NCBI GenBank assembly: GCA_947458265.1
Contig: CANGYF010000004.1
Span: forward strand, 142,491-206,490
DNA length: 64,000 nt
From: Betaproteobacteria bacterium
Lineage (GTDB): Bacteria; Pseudomonadota; Gammaproteobacteria; Burkholderiales; CAIKXV01
Direction of reading: 5' to 3'
Made by a program: the position numbers and the translations under genes. The notes under the pieces are model-generated. The model saw nothing but the letters and a program-made list of their open reading frames with translations, made no database searches and was not told the DNA's origin. Below are positions 62,470-64,000 of this stretch, piece by piece; position 1 is the stretch's first letter; each line of letters opens with the position of its first letter.

Positions 62470-63444
62470 TCAGCCCACGCGCGAGAACGCCTCCGCGGTT
62501 GCGCGCAGTGCGACCACCTGGTCGGCCAGACGCTCGCCGATCGACTCGATCACGTCAGCATCGATCGACAGCAGCGCAGCGGTACGCTCCGAGACGCCCT
62601 CGAGCATGACTGCATCGAGCAGGAAGGGTGGGTCCACGTCGCGGTACACGGCACCCATCACCACCTCGGATCGTGCGAGTTCGTCGGCAACCGCGAGGAT
62701 GGCCGACAGCGAGTCGGGCTCGATGCAGTCGAAGTCCCGCTCCGCCACCGCTGCGGTGATCTCCTCCGGCAGGCTCCACTTGTGCAACAGTGCGGTGGAC
62801 ACCGCGCGGCGCGCCTTGCCCAGCATCACGTGCTCGACCTCGCCGAGCTTCATGCCGCGCATGATCGCCGTCTCCAGCAGCAGGTCGAGGGTGCCTGCCT
62901 GAAGGCACTCGATCACCAGCGTGCCGATGTCGTAGATCATGCCGGCGAGGTAGGCATTGGCGCGTTCGGCCGGGGCTGCCTTCACCGCCAGCATGCTGGC
63001 ACCGTGGGCCACCGCCATGGCATGCAGCCAGAGGAACTCCCGCCACTGCGGCGACAGCCCATTGTTCAGTGCCTGTCCGCACAGCATGCCGAAGGCTGTC
63101 TGGGCGGCGCGTTCGAGTCCGATCCGGGTGACCGCCTGGTCGAGCGCATTGAACTTCTTGCCCGGGATGCCGAACGCCACCGAGTTCGCCAGCCCGATCA
63201 GCCGGGCGACGCAGATCGGTTCCTGTTCGATGATCGCGCAGAACTCCCTGGTCGATTCCATTTCCGACGGGTTGAGTGCGGCGAGCTTGCTCGCCACCGG
63301 GGAAATCCGGGGCAGGGCGTTGAGGTCGAGCGCATCGAGGCGTTCCGACAGCTTGCCCATTGCGCCGCTGGAGGCGGCAGGCGGGGGCGGAGCTGGCGGG
63401 GGCGCCGCTTGCGGGGGCGTGGTGAAATCCAGTGAATCATCCAT
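62470..63444 (-). CDS. HDOD-domain protein
   Basis: 324 aa with 'LPRISPVASKL', 'IEQEPICVARLIGLANS', 'HAMAVAH' and 'GMIYDIG' blocks typical of HDOD signalling domains. Confidence 0.85.
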   Translation of the reverse strand: MDDSLDFTTPPQAAPPPAPPPPAASSGAMGKLSERLDALDLNALPRISPVASKLAALNPSEMESTREFCAIIEQEPICVARLIGLANSVAFGIPGKKFNALDQAVTRIGLERAAQTAFGMLCGQALNNGLSPQWREFLWLHAMAVAHGASMLAVKAAPAERANAYLAGMIYDIGTLVIECLQAGTLDLLLETAIMRGMKLGEVEHVMLGKARRAVSTALLHKWSLPEEITAAVAERDFDCIEPDSLSAILAVADELARSEVVMGAVYRDVDPPFLLDAVMLEGVSERTAALLSIDADVIESIGERLADQVVALRATAEAFSRVG

Positions 63445-63471
63445 GGGTCTGCAGGGAGTCCTTCGGTTGGG

Positions 63472-64000
63472 TCAGTGGATCTGGGCGAACATGGATGCCA
63501 TGGCGCGCAGGGCCTGCACCTGGCTGGCCACCCGCGCCTCGATCCGTACCGCCTCGTCCGGGGTCAGCGAACAGGCGGAGAAGAATGCGTCCGGCAGGCC
63601 CTCTTGCGTGCAGATCTGCAGCGGCAGCGGCGGTTCCTCGTCGAGGTAGACGCCCTCGACCAGGTCGCGAGAGCGTGCCATGTGGTCCGCGCACCAGAGT
63701 ACCGCCGGCATCGAGTCCTGGTCCATCGACGACAGCGACCGGCGGGTCACCGCATCGATGATCGGTGCGGGCATCGACCAGCTCGCGAGCAGCGTGCGGG
63801 CAAGCTGGTCGCGCGCGTCACCGGCGCGCTCGTCCTCCACCTGGCGCAGCGGGCGTCCTTTGCCCTGCGCGGTCGTCGCGATCGCATCCAGCGTCCCCTG
63901 CTGGACGCATTCGAGCGCCATCAGGCCGATGTCGTAGATCAGGCCGCCGAGGTAGGCATCGTTCGGATCGCAGGTCTCCAGCTCGCGCGCGATCTTGTTG
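63472..64000 (-). CDS. HDOD-domain protein, paralog (5' end beyond window)
   Basis: The reading frame stays open to the window edge ('...YLGGLIYDIGLMALECVQQGTLD...'). Its C-terminal two thirds are collinear with the preceding HDOD protein. Confidence 0.75.
   Translation of the reverse strand, partial: NKIARELETCDPNDAYLGGLIYDIGLMALECVQQGTLDAIATTAQGKGRPLRQVEDERAGDARDQLARTLLASWSMPAPIIDAVTRRSLSSMDQDSMPAVLWCADHMARSRDLVEGVYLDEEPPLPLQICTQEGLPDAFFSACSLTPDEAVRIEARVASQVQALRAMASMFAQIH

Overview
High-GC window, judged betaproteobacterial and Burkholderiales-like from gene order and five orphan Bug/TctC solute receptors. Hand counts give about 65% GC in core genes. The left half is a conserved central-metabolism supercluster: msrB, MAPEG, two tandem AcnA-type aconitases, prpD, a prpC-like gene, mdh, sdhCDAB-sdhE, gltA, sucA-sucB-lpdA and zapE. 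The middle carries accessory transport and enzyme genes and a compact chemosensory operon (MCP, cheV, cheV, cheY, cheZ, cheA). It also carries a Crp/Fnr regulator next to cytochrome c' and a cytochrome b561. The most interesting region is a plus-strand block at about 42.3-49.4 kb. It ends in a gene that the ORF track splits at an in-frame TGA (49112-49114). Read through as selenocysteine, this gives a 175-codon protein with a U-G-S-C-T-L-C redox motif and a hairpin directly downstream. That gene is tightly linked to two roughly 340-aa paralogs of unrecognised family and a Bug receptor. Upstream lie a TrxB-like flavoprotein, a GST and an MmgE/PrpD protein. I read this as a candidate uncharacterised selenium-dependent redox system. 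A small lower-GC islet (about 55.4-57.7 kb) abuts tRNA-Arg(CCU). It holds an IS3 remnant, an orphan RHH antitoxin-like gene and three translationally coupled genes, one of them FGase-family. Other notable items are two mutually inverted ~110-nt hairpin repeats in the acnA/prpD spacer and a perfect FNR-type palindrome upstream of uspA. The many long antisense ORFs are high-GC artefacts. No CRISPR array or rRNA was seen.
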